Positions 27,704 through 36,794 of a stretch of 41,256 nucleotides of DNA are shown in pieces. Location: the UHGV virus genome UHGV-0203268, one strand, 5' to 3'. This DNA comes from a virus. Positions within the stretch are counted from its first letter, which is position 1. Each line of letters opens with the position of its first letter. Below the pieces are notes generated by a model. It worked only from the letters and a program-made list of their open reading frames with translations, did not search any database and had not been told where the DNA came from. The position numbers and the translations under genes were made by a program.

Positions 27704-28974
27704 ACAGATACACCTGCCTTTCGTTTTCTTAGAATGGTATAACAAAAATATCGAACAGCATCCATTGCGTGATCGTTTGTTTTTACTGGTTTATCTTCAC
27801 CACGATCTGTCGCTTTCGGGTCCCACGTGTACGAACTAAACTCTTTCAATGTGTTCACGCACGATTCACTAAATGCAATCTTTTCTTCATTCAGTAACGA
27901 ACCTGTAAAACGAATGCCATCCAAAACATCGTTATTCGCTTTTTTTATTTGGAATCCTCGTTGCTTTAACTCTGCAATGAAAGATGCTGCGGAAGGATCT
28001 ACGATAATTCGTTTAATTTTTGTTTCTCCGATAAACTCTTCTAATTCATCGGCAAACTCTTTGTCTGTCTTTTGCTTTTTGGTGTCACGGCCTGAGTAGT
28101 AAAACTCCTTCGTGCAATACCAGACACCATCTTTGCCTTTTTGCCACAATAAAAAAACGGTCGCATTTTGCGTACCGTAGTCAATACTTATATAATTTTC
28201 ACCAAAGATAAAATCAATTACTTTGTTGTAAACATGCTTAGTTTGTTCAAACATATCATAGATAATGCCTTCAGCTGCAACCCATAAACCTAAAATATAT
28301 CTTGAGTAGAATACGCCAGAATACATGTTGCGATATCTTTGCTTAATTGTTTCGTCCAAACTAAGGTTGTCATCCATGGTGAAATGGAGATATACCAGGT
28401 TCTTTTCTTTGAGCTTATCGATCCAATTGATTTTGAACCAGTGATATGGACCATCTGGGTTGCAGTTAAACCAAAACTTGGAACCTTTCTCGGAACAACG
28501 CCCAGTCGCTTGGTTTACAAATGATTCTGGCATAAGCGCTACTTCATCAAAGAACATGCCACCTAATGTAATACCTTGAATCAAATCTTGCGATCGTTCA
28601 TCTTTACCACCGAAAATATAGAAGTAATTGGTCTTACCTTTTTTTGTGACTTCTAACATATTGTCAGCACGATGGTCTTTGTAACGATAACCTCTCGATA
28701 GAAGCATTAGCTTTAGCCAAAAAAGCACGTTCCTTCTAAATGATCCGATAGTTTTACCAGCCATTCCAAGGTTTTTTCTGTCAAATGTTGACATAGCCCA
28801 CATGACATAAGATAAACACATTGAAATAGTTTTGCCTGAACGAATAGCGCCATCGGCTATGATTCCATCTTTATCTTTGACAGCAGACTTCTTGGTCCAC
28901 CATGTAAGAATCATCTTCTGCTTTTTACTGAAAGGTTTGAACTTAAATACTGCCTGTTTTACTCTTCTTGCCAT
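27694..28974 (-). CDS. terL: terminase large subunit
   Basis: Walker A DGAIRSGKT, a Walker B-like MFFDE, and a C-terminal nuclease region. 426 aa. Confidence 0.85.
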   Translation of the reverse strand: MARRVKQAVFKFKPFSKKQKMILTWWTKKSAVKDKDGIIADGAIRSGKTISMCLSYVMWAMSTFDRKNLGMAGKTIGSFRRNVLFWLKLMLLSRGYRYKDHRADNMLEVTKKGKTNYFYIFGGKDERSQDLIQGITLGGMFFDEVALMPESFVNQATGRCSEKGSKFWFNCNPDGPYHWFKINWIDKLKEKNLVYLHFTMDDNLSLDETIKQRYRNMYSGVFYSRYILGLWVAAEGIIYDMFEQTKHVYNKVIDFIFGENYISIDYGTQNATVFLLWQKGKDGVWYCTKEFYYSGRDTKKQKTDKEFADELEEFIGETKIKRIIVDPSAASFIAELKQRGFQIKKANNDVLDGIRFTGSLLNEEKIAFSESCVNTLKEFSSYTWDPKATDRGEDKPVKTNDHAMDAVRYFCYTILRKRKAGVSVWK

Positions 28975-29732
28975 AGTTCTTCACCTTCAGCTTCCAATGC
29001 TGCTAAGAAACCATCGTCTTCCATATCAAACTCTTCGCTGCCATCCTTATTCTTAGCACGCAGATTATCTATTTGAGCACTCATTAATTGTAATTTAAGT
29101 CTTCTTTCATCTCGCTCATCAGAAACAGCTATAAATTGCTTAATTAGATTAGACAACGTACCCATAGCCCTTGATTGAGCATTTAGGAAACTGGCTTGCT
29201 TCTCCCAAGCATACTGAAACTGACGTGTGACCTTCGTTTGGACTGATTTTCCTGTTTCTTTATCAACAAACATCGGATTTACTTCCGCACTAACAACATC
29301 TTCGGTATGATCAAATTCACTTTGTACGTTCATAATTTTTTGCGATCGTATGATTGCAGTATACTGAATCATGATGTTGTTCCAAAGTATGTCGCTAGGT
29401 TCCGATGTATATAGCTCTTGAATAATTTGGCGTGTATCATCTGGTAGCCAGTTGGCAAATAGACCGTGACTGACAGCATTCTTATTATCCGGCGGTGCTC
29501 CGCCACGATTATCTTTAGCATTGTTATTCCCACGCAGTGAATCGTAACGCTCTTTTTCATTCGGAGCGCTCCGTTTCGTTTCGCCGTCCCATTTATCCTC
29601 AGATTTCCACTTTCGAACAGTAGATGCAGATACACCTAATTCGTCCGCTATATCTTTTAAAGCCTTTTGTTTATTCGATTCTATCCAGATTCGATACGCT
29701 TCATCACGCAACGGATTTCTTTTTCTTGCCAA
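28959..29732 (-). CDS. terS: terminase small subunit (HTH-containing)
   Basis: N-terminal ALKDIADELGVSASTVRKWK HTH. Immediately upstream of TerL. TTG start with RBS GAGGTGGTGA. Confidence 0.65.
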   Translation of the reverse strand: MARKRNPLRDEAYRIWIESNKQKALKDIADELGVSASTVRKWKSEDKWDGETKRSAPNEKERYDSLRGNNNAKDNRGGAPPDNKNAVSHGLFANWLPDDTRQIIQELYTSEPSDILWNNIMIQYTAIIRSQKIMNVQSEFDHTEDVVSAEVNPMFVDKETGKSVQTKVTRQFQYAWEKQASFLNAQSRAMGTLSNLIKQFIAVSDERDERRLKLQLMSAQIDNLRAKNKDGSEEFDMEDDGFLAALEAEGEELWQEE

Positions 29733-29772
29733 ATCATCTCACCACCTCACAATCTGTGTTGTTTTGTAATTA

Positions 29773-29797
29773 TATGTATAAAAAAAGACCTCAGTTG
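29773..29797 (-). terminator. rho-independent terminator (GACCTCA-AC-TGAGGTC plus T7) between the 129-aa gene and terS
   Basis: Perfect 7-bp stem and a T7 tract on the minus strand. Confidence 0.55.
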
Positions 29798-29800
29798 AGG

Positions 29801-30190
29801 TCAATTAATCGTATTTACTACTGTATATATTCCTGTTAACAAAGATATCAAATTAACGATATTGCCCGCAATTTCCCCAGAACCATTGATAGTATCTAAG
29901 GCTTTTTTAAATAAACTATCTGCCTCATCTTTGTTATTCGCCTTTGCAACATCATATATAGCTCGCATGACATAACTTAACTCTTCTGTATCTAACTTTG
30001 TCTCTCTATTTATTTCTACAAGTTTCTTTAAATAAGCTGTGTTTTCAGCAATTTCTAAGAGTATCTCTTTACTCTCAATAGCTGTCTTATTCGCTTCATC
30101 TTGCAGTTGTTCTCTTCTACGTTTTGATTCTGCCACTTGTTCTAGAGATTCCATCAACAGATCATTTTGTTCGTTAAAGTTAAAATCCAT
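29801..30190 (-). CDS. hypothetical protein with coiled-coil region and hydrophobic C-terminus (~129 aa)
   Basis: RBS GGGAGTGA before the ATG at 30190. Confidence 0.45.
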   Translation of the reverse strand: MDFNFNEQNDLLMESLEQVAESKRRREQLQDEANKTAIESKEILLEIAENTAYLKKLVEINRETKLDTEELSYVMRAIYDVAKANNKDEADSLFKKALDTINGSGEIAGNIVNLISLLTGIYTVVNTIN

Positions 30191-30337
30191 ACAATCACTC
30201 CCTTGCTTACATAATAGCAATAAAAGAATAACTTACCAACAAAAAAACGGCCCACAAATGGACCGTTTTTCAACCTTGTTTATACTCTAGTAGGAAGCAC
30301 CAAAGATCATGTGAGTAATCTAATTGACAACTCCCAA

Positions 30338-30411
30338 TCAGGAATGCAGGATTCGAACCTGCGCTCTCTACTGCCCAAAAGTAGCGCTCTACCAAACTGA
30401 GCCAATTCCTG
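30338..30411 (-). tRNA. tRNA-Pro (anticodon UGG), 74 nt, no encoded CCA
   Basis: Cloverleaf folded by hand: acceptor CAGGAAT/ATTCCTG, D-arm GCTC-AGTTTGGTA-GAGC, anticodon arm CTACT-TTTGGGC-AGTAG (U33, anticodon UGG, G37), T-arm GCAGG-TTCGAAT-CCTGC. Confidence 0.75.
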
Positions 30412-30496
30412 AAAAAAGACGGCTAGCGAATGAAGAAAAGGAGTGAATTCAACTCCATTCTATTTATAATTTTTTTGTCGCCGTCTTAGTTTAAAT

Positions 30497-30562
30497 ACAG
30501 GGCGCTGAAAATGAAATTCAGAAAGGAGGTCTACCAACACATCATAAAGGAGTGCGCCCTGT
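30497..30562. repeat. 9-bp inverted repeat ACAGGGCGC/GCGCCCTGT enclosing 48 nt; large stem-loop between the ArpU gene and the tRNA
   Basis: Seen directly. The region is non-coding. Confidence 0.4.
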
Positions 30563-30644
30563 TATTTACAATAGTTGATACTACAATAATACTACGCAAA
30601 TTCATGTAAAAACCGCAGTATTTCCACATAAAAACCACATCGAT

Positions 30645-31058
30645 TCAGCAATATTCTATTAATTTTCCTTTTCGATAGGCTTCAGCGAATTCAATCAAGG
30701 CGGTTGCTTTGTAATCTTCAATTGTCCTAACCGAATAACCCATTTGCTGAGCAATTCCAACATTTGAGTATCGATCAACAGTGCAATACGAGTAATACAA
30801 AACTTGGCGGCTATCTATTCCCAACGCCAAAAGAGCTACTACAATAGCATCCCTTTCTGCCTCTGCATCCATCATCTGGATGATCGCATCTTCTGATTTG
30901 TTGCCGTTGCTTGGTGGTTTAGGCATATCAGAGATGATCGGTGAGCGGACATCAATCTTAGATCGACCAGCAATCCGCTCCAACCGACGATAATTTCTCA
31001 AAATGCTTTTTGCATTCTGCCTAGTCCTACGAAAATCTATCTCTCTTAATAGCATCAT
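30645..31058 (-). CDS. arpU: ArpU-family phage late transcriptional regulator
   Basis: 137 aa with a C-terminal sigma70 region-4-like HTH (IAQQMGYSVRTIEDYKATALIEFAEAY). Canonical position just upstream of the packaging genes. Confidence 0.75.
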   Translation of the reverse strand: MMLLREIDFRRTRQNAKSILRNYRRLERIAGRSKIDVRSPIISDMPKPPSNGNKSEDAIIQMMDAEAERDAIVVALLALGIDSRQVLYYSYCTVDRYSNVGIAQQMGYSVRTIEDYKATALIEFAEAYRKGKLIEYC

Positions 31059-31480
31059 TGCTCAATCGCCCCTTTATTTGGTATAATGAAATTACCTTGG
31101 CGGGTACAAAATCATTATTTTGTAGGGCATTGGGCGGCTGCTTAATGCTTTTTTATTTTTCTTCGAAAACAGTTTTAATTAATTCAGCATACTTCGTATC
31201 TTTCAGTAAAGCTTTTAATCTATTATTTTCGCTTTTTAATCGATTCAAGTCGTTGTTCATTCCTATACAGCCTAAGAGAAGAAATAATATCACTACTCCC
31301 ACAAAAATTCTCACTATCATTTTCGATCATCTCCATTGCAATTATTTCCACTATCAAAGCCATCTTGTTCCATAAAATAGCTTCCTCCATAATCTTGCTC
31401 CTTTTTATCTATAGACTTACCGAAAACTACACAGATAGCTACTAAAAAGACAAATCCTGTGAACCCTAACACTGCAACTG

Positions 31481-31741
31481 TCATAACATATCTCCATATA
31501 GTTTAGCTTTAATTTTCTTTAACTGTTTCTTCTTGATTCTGGAGTTCTTTGTCCTACGGTATATTGCGAAATATTTCTTTATTTCTGGGTCATTTGAAAC
31601 TTTCGCTAACATTTTCCAGTCAATTTGCTTGAACACTTTAGACACAACAGATACAACCTCTGCGAACACCTCGCCTATTCCCTGAAAGAAGAGGCCTATT
31701 CCGTCACTCATTTTTTCAATGCTTGATCTTTTTAATTCCAT
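31481..31741 (-). CDS. hypothetical small protein (86 aa), lysine-rich C-terminus
   Basis: ORF in the early-late transition region. Two further sub-60-aa ORFs with RBS lie at about 31152-31316 and 31315-31488. Confidence 0.35.
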   Translation of the reverse strand: MELKRSSIEKMSDGIGLFFQGIGEVFAEVVSVVSKVFKQIDWKMLAKVSNDPEIKKYFAIYRRTKNSRIKKKQLKKIKAKLYGDML

Positions 31742-31744
31742 CTG

Positions 31745-31975
31745 TCACCCTCCGGCTTCCGCTGCATCCCTAGCCAGCGGATCATTGATAATAATCTTGT
31801 ACTTCATCTTCTCATGTTGCAATTGCTCTTGAAGTTGTTCAATCTGTTTCTGTTGGTCAATTATTGTATAGGATAGCCAACTCAGACCTGCGATCGTCAA
31901 CAGTATTATGATGATTGAGTGGCTATTTTTCATTGGCTTGCTCCAATAGTTCTGAGTTCTGAAAAACATTCCCAA
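31745..31975 (-). CDS. small membrane protein (76 aa)
   Basis: One TM helix. ORF overlaps the yopX end. Confidence 0.35.
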   Translation of the reverse strand: MGMFFRTQNYWSKPMKNSHSIIIILLTIAGLSWLSYTIIDQQKQIEQLQEQLQHEKMKYKIIINDPLARDAAEAGG

Positions 31976-32363
31976 TTTTTACACACTGCTTATTTCTCAT
32001 AAACAGGTAACGATCGTATTGTTGACGACCTTTCCAGTCTTTAAGTTTCCACATACCATTTTCTTTTTCGACAATATACCTTACAATTACTTCTTCACCA
32101 TTTAATGGACTTGTATAACTTTCATCCAAAATATCTTTATGCCATATTTCTTTTCCGATTTTGTCATCCATTTCAGTGGATTGCATGATCTCAGCTTGAT
32201 TACCAACCTCAAAATTGTCGCACCAACCATCAACCGTTACATGAGGTCCTTCAATTCCCAAGAAACTGTGCCCTCTTGTGTCAAACGCTAAAACATTCTT
32301 CATTTCTTTGTCATATTTCAACCAAGCTCTGAATTTTGGTATCATCTTATCCCTCCTGTTCAT
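31923..32363 (-). CDS. yopX: YopX-family protein
   Basis: N-terminal MIPKFRAWLKYDKEM, the diagnostic KFRAW motif. Confidence 0.7.
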   Translation of the reverse strand: MNRRDKMIPKFRAWLKYDKEMKNVLAFDTRGHSFLGIEGPHVTVDGWCDNFEVGNQAEIMQSTEMDDKIGKEIWHKDILDESYTSPLNGEEVIVRYIVEKENGMWKLKDWKGRQQYDRYLFMRNKQCVKIGNVFQNSELLEQANEK

Positions 32364-32596
32364 TTTAGTTATTACTAGCCTATTTATACGTTGATTTGTT
32401 AAAATGAACTTGTCAGGCGGAAAACTGGCAGTTCACTGTTGAGATGGCGAGTGGTCTGCCGTCTCTTTTTGTTTGTAAATGTTGATAATTTTGATATTTT
32501 TGATGATTTAGATATATTCGTTATTACCAATTCTGATACGGATTTAAATCTTTATGCTTCCTTTATATTAGATTTGATACAATCCTATGGAAAGGA

Positions 32597-32905
32597 TTGA
32601 TAAAAATGGATAGATACTCATTGAATTCAACCTACATTCCTCTTCTAATAACTGCCAAATCATGTTTAGAAAAAAGAGATTTTTATTTAGCTAATAAGAA
32701 AATCTTATCGGCTATACAAGCTTGTTTTGATAGACCAGAAGCTTATAACTTATTAGGAATATATTATGAGCTTCAGGGCAAAAGAAAAGAAGCAATAAAG
32801 TATTTTCGTATATCATATTTTTATGATCAATCATTCGCTCCGGCTTCAATTAACTTACAAAGAATTGTGGAAAATACAAATAAAGAAATAGATTTTGGTA
32901 TCTAG
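32597..32905 (+). CDS. mini TPR-like protein (102 aa), encoded opposite to the phage transcription direction
   Basis: TPR consensus AYNLLGIYYELQGKRKEAIKYFRISYFYDQSFAPA. RBS AAAGGA before the ATG. Upstream structured leader at 32420-32470. Confidence 0.45.
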   Translation: MIKMDRYSLNSTYIPLLITAKSCLEKRDFYLANKKILSAIQACFDRPEAYNLLGIYYELQGKRKEAIKYFRISYFYDQSFAPASINLQRIVENTNKEIDFGI

Positions 32906-33090
32906 TTATTCTTTTTTGCAAAATTCTATTTTTTTACAAACTTTTTAATCACTCTGACTCGAGCGTTTAAACTTTAATAATCTAAAATTTAAAACTGACT
33001 TCTATCTAAATTAATTAGTTTGTTATTTCGTCGGATAACTGACTTGGTAAAATATAAAATATGTTACAATACCTAAAAGGAGGTATTGCT

Positions 33091-33204
33091 TTGGGAACTT
33101 TTTTAGCTTTTATTTGGTATATTTTTATAGGATTTATGCTTTATGGAATCATCAGATTGGCAGTTAAACACGGAATTTCCGATTCCAAAAAAAATAATTT
33201 ATGA
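33091..33204 (+). CDS. 37-aa hydrophobic peptide with a charged tail (Fst/Hok-like type I toxin or small membrane protein)
   Basis: Strong SD GGAGGT six nt before a TTG start. One TM helix (GTFLAFIWYIFIGFMLYGIIRLAV) then HGISDSKKNNL. A terminator immediately follows. Confidence 0.4.
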   Translation: MGTFLAFIWYIFIGFMLYGIIRLAVKHGISDSKKNNL

Positions 33205-33213
33205 TTCTGTTGC

Positions 33214-33240
33214 TACTCTTTTAGAGTAGTTTTTTTATTT
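33214..33240 (+). terminator. rho-independent terminator CTACTCT-TTT-AGAGTAG plus T7ATTT
   Basis: Perfect stem and a T-tract directly after the 37-aa ORF. Confidence 0.6.
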
Positions 33241-33264
33241 CCGCAATTTTTGGTGGGTAACTGA

Positions 33265-33486
33265 CTAAACCAGCGATCCGTCAACTGCCAATAATGTCGG
33301 TTCATTGTCATTAATACAATCAAAAACTTGCACCTCTGCCTCTTCACTACCGACTGGCTCCCCTGTTTGTTCACTCACTGTATTCGCAACTTTTGTAATG
33401 GCAACTGTCGTCTCAAGTTCTTTCATACTAGCTACAAAGTCCTCTTTATCTTCTACGTCACACACTACTTCTTCATAAAATTCCAT
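33265..33486 (-). CDS. small acidic hypothetical protein (73 aa)
   Basis: ORF only. Confidence 0.35.
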   Translation of the reverse strand: MEFYEEVVCDVEDKEDFVASMKELETTVAITKVANTVSEQTGEPVGSEEAEVQVFDCINDNEPTLLAVDGSLV

Positions 33487-33586
33487 ACATTTTCCCTCAT
33501 TTCAGCTGCTACAATTGCAAAATATGGCTCATTAATTTCAAAAAATCTCATTTTTCATCTTCCTTTCTAGTTGTGTATTTCTGTCA

Positions 33587-34084
33587 CTAACAGACTGACC
33601 AACCTAATTCGTTTAATCGTCTTTGATTTTTAAATTTTTTAATTTCTAGCGGTGTTAATTCAGTCACGCTATAACCTTTTAACTTGGTTACTACATCAAC
33701 AAAGCTGTACTTGATTTCTGTTACTTCTCTTGCGATATAAAATTCATTGTTTCCCAATTCGCACACATCCCCGACCCTTACAGTGCGCCGTTTTTCGTGA
33801 GACGAAAGAGAATTAATCGAAGCCATTTTAGCTGTGCTTATGATTTCTGTTTCACTGGAAACTCTGTTATTTTTATCAAACGTACCGATTTTTTGCGCTA
33901 CTACAGTTGCTTCGATTAGGTCATGCTGAAATCCTTTAATACCACCAGCATTAATATATCGACCTTTAATGCTGTTGCCAGAAATAGCTCGTACAATCCA
34001 CGAGTCCTCTTCATAATCAAAAAGATCATTTAGTTTTATAGAGTTGTTAAAGCCTATTTTCTCTAACGTGATTAACTTGAGCAT
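33587..34084 (-). CDS. hypothetical protein (165 aa), probably co-transcribed with the upstream recombinase
   Basis: 33-bp gap from the recombinase stop. No recognisable domain. Confidence 0.45.
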   Translation of the reverse strand: MLKLITLEKIGFNNSIKLNDLFDYEEDSWIVRAISGNSIKGRYINAGGIKGFQHDLIEATVVAQKIGTFDKNNRVSSETEIISTAKMASINSLSSHEKRRTVRVGDVCELGNNEFYIAREVTEIKYSFVDVVTKLKGYSVTELTPLEIKKFKNQRRLNELGWSVC

Positions 34085-34117
34085 TCTCTCCTCCTAGTTG
34101 GTAATATCTTCCGATTA

Positions 34118-35119
34118 TTAACTAACAAATTTCTGATGTGACAACTTGAGTTCCTCGTCCCCAATCATCGAATATTTCAACGTTGTATCTATGCTTTCGT
34201 GGCCTAAGAAGTTCATCACTAGCTCAATGGGCATTCCATGCCTTCTTGCCAAAGTAGCTGCAGTACGTCTAAATCTGTGCGGGTGAACATTCGCCACCCC
34301 TGCCCGATCACCTAACCGCTTTACTAGCTTCTGAACTCCTGCTGCCGTCATTTCTTTCCCCTCAATCCGACCAAAAAACAGTGGTCCGGTAATGTGCGGC
34401 ACATCTTTCAAATAATGATTCAAAGCTATTTTTGCTTTGGCATTCAAATATAATGTTCGCTGCTTGTTGCCTTTCCCGATGACTGTGATAGAATCATTTT
34501 CTTGGTCGTAGTCGCGAAAATTGAGTGAAACTAATTCCGAGACCCGACAGCCTGTGCTAAGCAACAATTCAATTACCAGTGTTTCTTTGGAATTTGCTGT
34601 TACCGATCGAAGTTTTTCAACTTCTAATTCGCTGAATTCCTGTTTCCTACGCTTCGGCACTTTGATATTTTCTACTCTAGCCCCAGGATCCCGACTAATA
34701 TATTCTTCGTTACATAACCATTTGAAGAATCGGACAATACAACCTCGCTCTCTTGCTAGTGTGCCTTTACTTACGTTATCGATCATTTCCCTATTTGCAA
34801 TAAATAATCGAATGTCGTTAGTAGTAACATCACTAAATGGCTTCCTTACGCTTCTCATGAAGAGATTGATCGTTTGCATATAAAGATTCAAAGTTCCGTT
34901 TGAAAGCCCCTGGATCTTTTTTGAAACGAAGAATTGCTTGTATGCTGCAATGTCAGATGTTTCATCATAGATCACGACTTCATTCTTCTGTTCGGTAATC
35001 GAATATTTTGAGCATTCAACTGTCAGTACATCTTTCAGCCTCTTCAGTTCACTACCGTTAAGGTCCTGTTCCATTTCCAGCAAGATCCTGTTTATCAATT
35101 GCTCTTGCAATGGATTCAC
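34118..35119 (-). CDS. tyrosine recombinase (XerC/XerD-like phage integrase family) embedded in the early/replication module
   Basis: C-terminal HPHRFRRTAATLARRHGMPIELVMNFLGHESIDTTLKYSMI has the catalytic R, H-x-x-R and Y. Core-binding SAM-like N-terminal domain; no Arm-type N-terminal domain. Confidence 0.85.
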   Translation of the reverse strand: MNPLQEQLINRILLEMEQDLNGSELKRLKDVLTVECSKYSITEQKNEVVIYDETSDIAAYKQFFVSKKIQGLSNGTLNLYMQTINLFMRSVRKPFSDVTTNDIRLFIANREMIDNVSKGTLARERGCIVRFFKWLCNEEYISRDPGARVENIKVPKRRKQEFSELEVEKLRSVTANSKETLVIELLLSTGCRVSELVSLNFRDYDQENDSITVIGKGNKQRTLYLNAKAKIALNHYLKDVPHITGPLFFGRIEGKEMTAAGVQKLVKRLGDRAGVANVHPHRFRRTAATLARRHGMPIELVMNFLGHESIDTTLKYSMIGDEELKLSHQKFVS

Positions 35120-35138
35120 TCCAATCCAAATGATTAAA

Positions 35139-35417
35139 CTATCTAGCCAAAACCATATTTTTCAGCTTAACAACAGTTTGATCACCAAGAACTTTCTGCC
35201 GCCACTCGTCTCTTTCTTTATGACAGACAATAATTCTCACATGTGCAGATTTCTCGTAAATTTTCAGACATTCTGCTCTAACCAGTCCCGAAAATCCTTC
35301 GATGGCACAGTTGTAGATCTTGCCGACTTTTACTTTTGTTTTTGCTGGTCTGACCTTCGGTTGAATCTCGAAGCGACGTCCTTCTGGATGAATAACAAAA
35401 GAGTCTTGTATTCTCAT
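35139..35417 (-). CDS. hypothetical protein (92 aa)
   Basis: ORF between rusA and the recombinase. Confidence 0.4.
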   Translation of the reverse strand: MRIQDSFVIHPEGRRFEIQPKVRPAKTKVKVGKIYNCAIEGFSGLVRAECLKIYEKSAHVRIIVCHKERDEWRQKVLGDQTVVKLKNMVLAR

Positions 35418-35428
35418 GATTTTTCCTC

Positions 35429-35836
35429 CTAAAGTGGTTGAATTTCAATTTCTGTTCGTGGGTTCCAACTGTATACCTTGCGACTAATACTCACAGCAAT
35501 CTGTCCGTCATCCTTATACAAAATGCCGTTTACTGCATCGGTTACAGCTTTAAAGTAATTGTCAATATCTGGCTTCTTATCGCAGTACATGGTCTCATCA
35601 TCAAGCAAAGTCCTGTTTTTCTTTACTTTCGAGATATACGCCGGTGGATAGATAAAAAAGCAGACATCAACCATCACAGGTCCTTTCTCAATCAGCAGCG
35701 GCTTTGTGGCCGTAGCGTGATACTTAACCGCATTTTTGTATGATTTCATTGCTGTTTCCTCGTAAGGAGTCTTATGATGCTTGGTGAACCGTGGTCTCGA
35801 CTGTGGTTTAGGCGCAATAGGAATAATGAGTTTCAC
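35429..35836 (-). CDS. rusA: RusA-family Holliday junction resolvase
   Basis: MKLIIPIAPKPQSRPRF...DIDNYFKAVTDAVNGILYKDDGQI pattern typical of RusA. Confidence 0.7.
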   Translation of the reverse strand: MKLIIPIAPKPQSRPRFTKHHKTPYEETAMKSYKNAVKYHATATKPLLIEKGPVMVDVCFFIYPPAYISKVKKNRTLLDDETMYCDKKPDIDNYFKAVTDAVNGILYKDDGQIAVSISRKVYSWNPRTEIEIQPL

Positions 35837-36756
35837 TCAACTTGCTCCTTTCGCTGATTCTTTTTGCTTAAATAGGCAGCTAGCTTGGCATCAATTTCAG
35901 CCTGTCTCTCTGGAGAAATCTGAGGTTCTTCAACCGGATTTTCTGCCCAATCAGGAAGCTGTTCTTCACGAATCGGCTTTTGATTATATCCTTGCTTTTT
36001 AGCACCTCTTGTCCGTTGGTACTCCCTTGCCTGTTCAATGGTTTTTACGTTAGCATCTGCCCATTCCTGTAGAGAAGCTGTTAAAAAACTAATGGCTCGA
36101 TTCTTAGGAACGTCTTTACTACCAGCAAGTTTAATTGCAGCATTTACAAGTTCATCGCCATAAATATCCACCAGATTAAGTAGATCATCGACCTGTACAA
36201 CATTCGGAAAGAACCATAACTTTTGAAAAGTTTCAAGAGACGCACTCTCGCTCGCAGTAGCATCTTCTTTTATTTCCTTTTCTTTACTTTCCTTTTCTTT
36301 ACTTTGTTGATTATTCCCCTGATTAACCGAGTTATTCCGCCCATTAATCGAGATATTCGATCGATTAACTTCATTTGTCAGCAAATACTTATATTCAAGC
36401 TCAACTTTTTTGCGTTCCTTAGTGGCTAAAATGTATCTGCTTTGAATACCTTTAGAAGTTAATACGGAGTATTTATCAAAAATATCTTTATCAAAGAATT
36501 TTACTTGTACGGCTTTTTTCACCAGTTCTTCAACTGTGCCCTCCTTCGTACCAACTTCGTCAGCCACTAAGAACGCAAGGTCGTCATCCCACAAAACGTA
36601 ATACCCCTCATCTCGATAAATATTAGCCAGCAGGGCGACCAGTATATGAACGGCTTCTTTACCGCATGCTTTAATAATTCTTCGAACTTTTAGATCTGAT
36701 AAAAAATCGACATCTAGAGGAAAATAATCAAGACCTTTCTTAGTCGGTCTTGCCAC
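35833..36756 (-). CDS. phage replisome organiser / DnaD-like replication initiation protein
   Basis: N-terminal MARPTKKGLDYFPLDVDF... domain characteristic of the phage replisome-organiser N-terminal family. Acidic low-complexity middle region. Confidence 0.65.
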   Translation of the reverse strand: MARPTKKGLDYFPLDVDFLSDLKVRRIIKACGKEAVHILVALLANIYRDEGYYVLWDDDLAFLVADEVGTKEGTVEELVKKAVQVKFFDKDIFDKYSVLTSKGIQSRYILATKERKKVELEYKYLLTNEVNRSNISINGRNNSVNQGNNQQSKEKESKEKEIKEDATASESASLETFQKLWFFPNVVQVDDLLNLVDIYGDELVNAAIKLAGSKDVPKNRAISFLTASLQEWADANVKTIEQAREYQRTRGAKKQGYNQKPIREEQLPDWAENPVEEPQISPERQAEIDAKLAAYLSKKNQRKEQVE

Positions 36757-36794
36757 GTTTATTCCTCCTAATCAGAGGGAGGTAAACTCCCTCA

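Noticed and set aside
30338-30411. The tRNA-Pro as a host attB marking a junction between two separate elements
   Set aside because: The flanking genes (arpU upstream, terS operon downstream) form the normal contiguous phage order on the same strand, so the tRNA is more simply phage-encoded. It is still flagged as a finding for verification.
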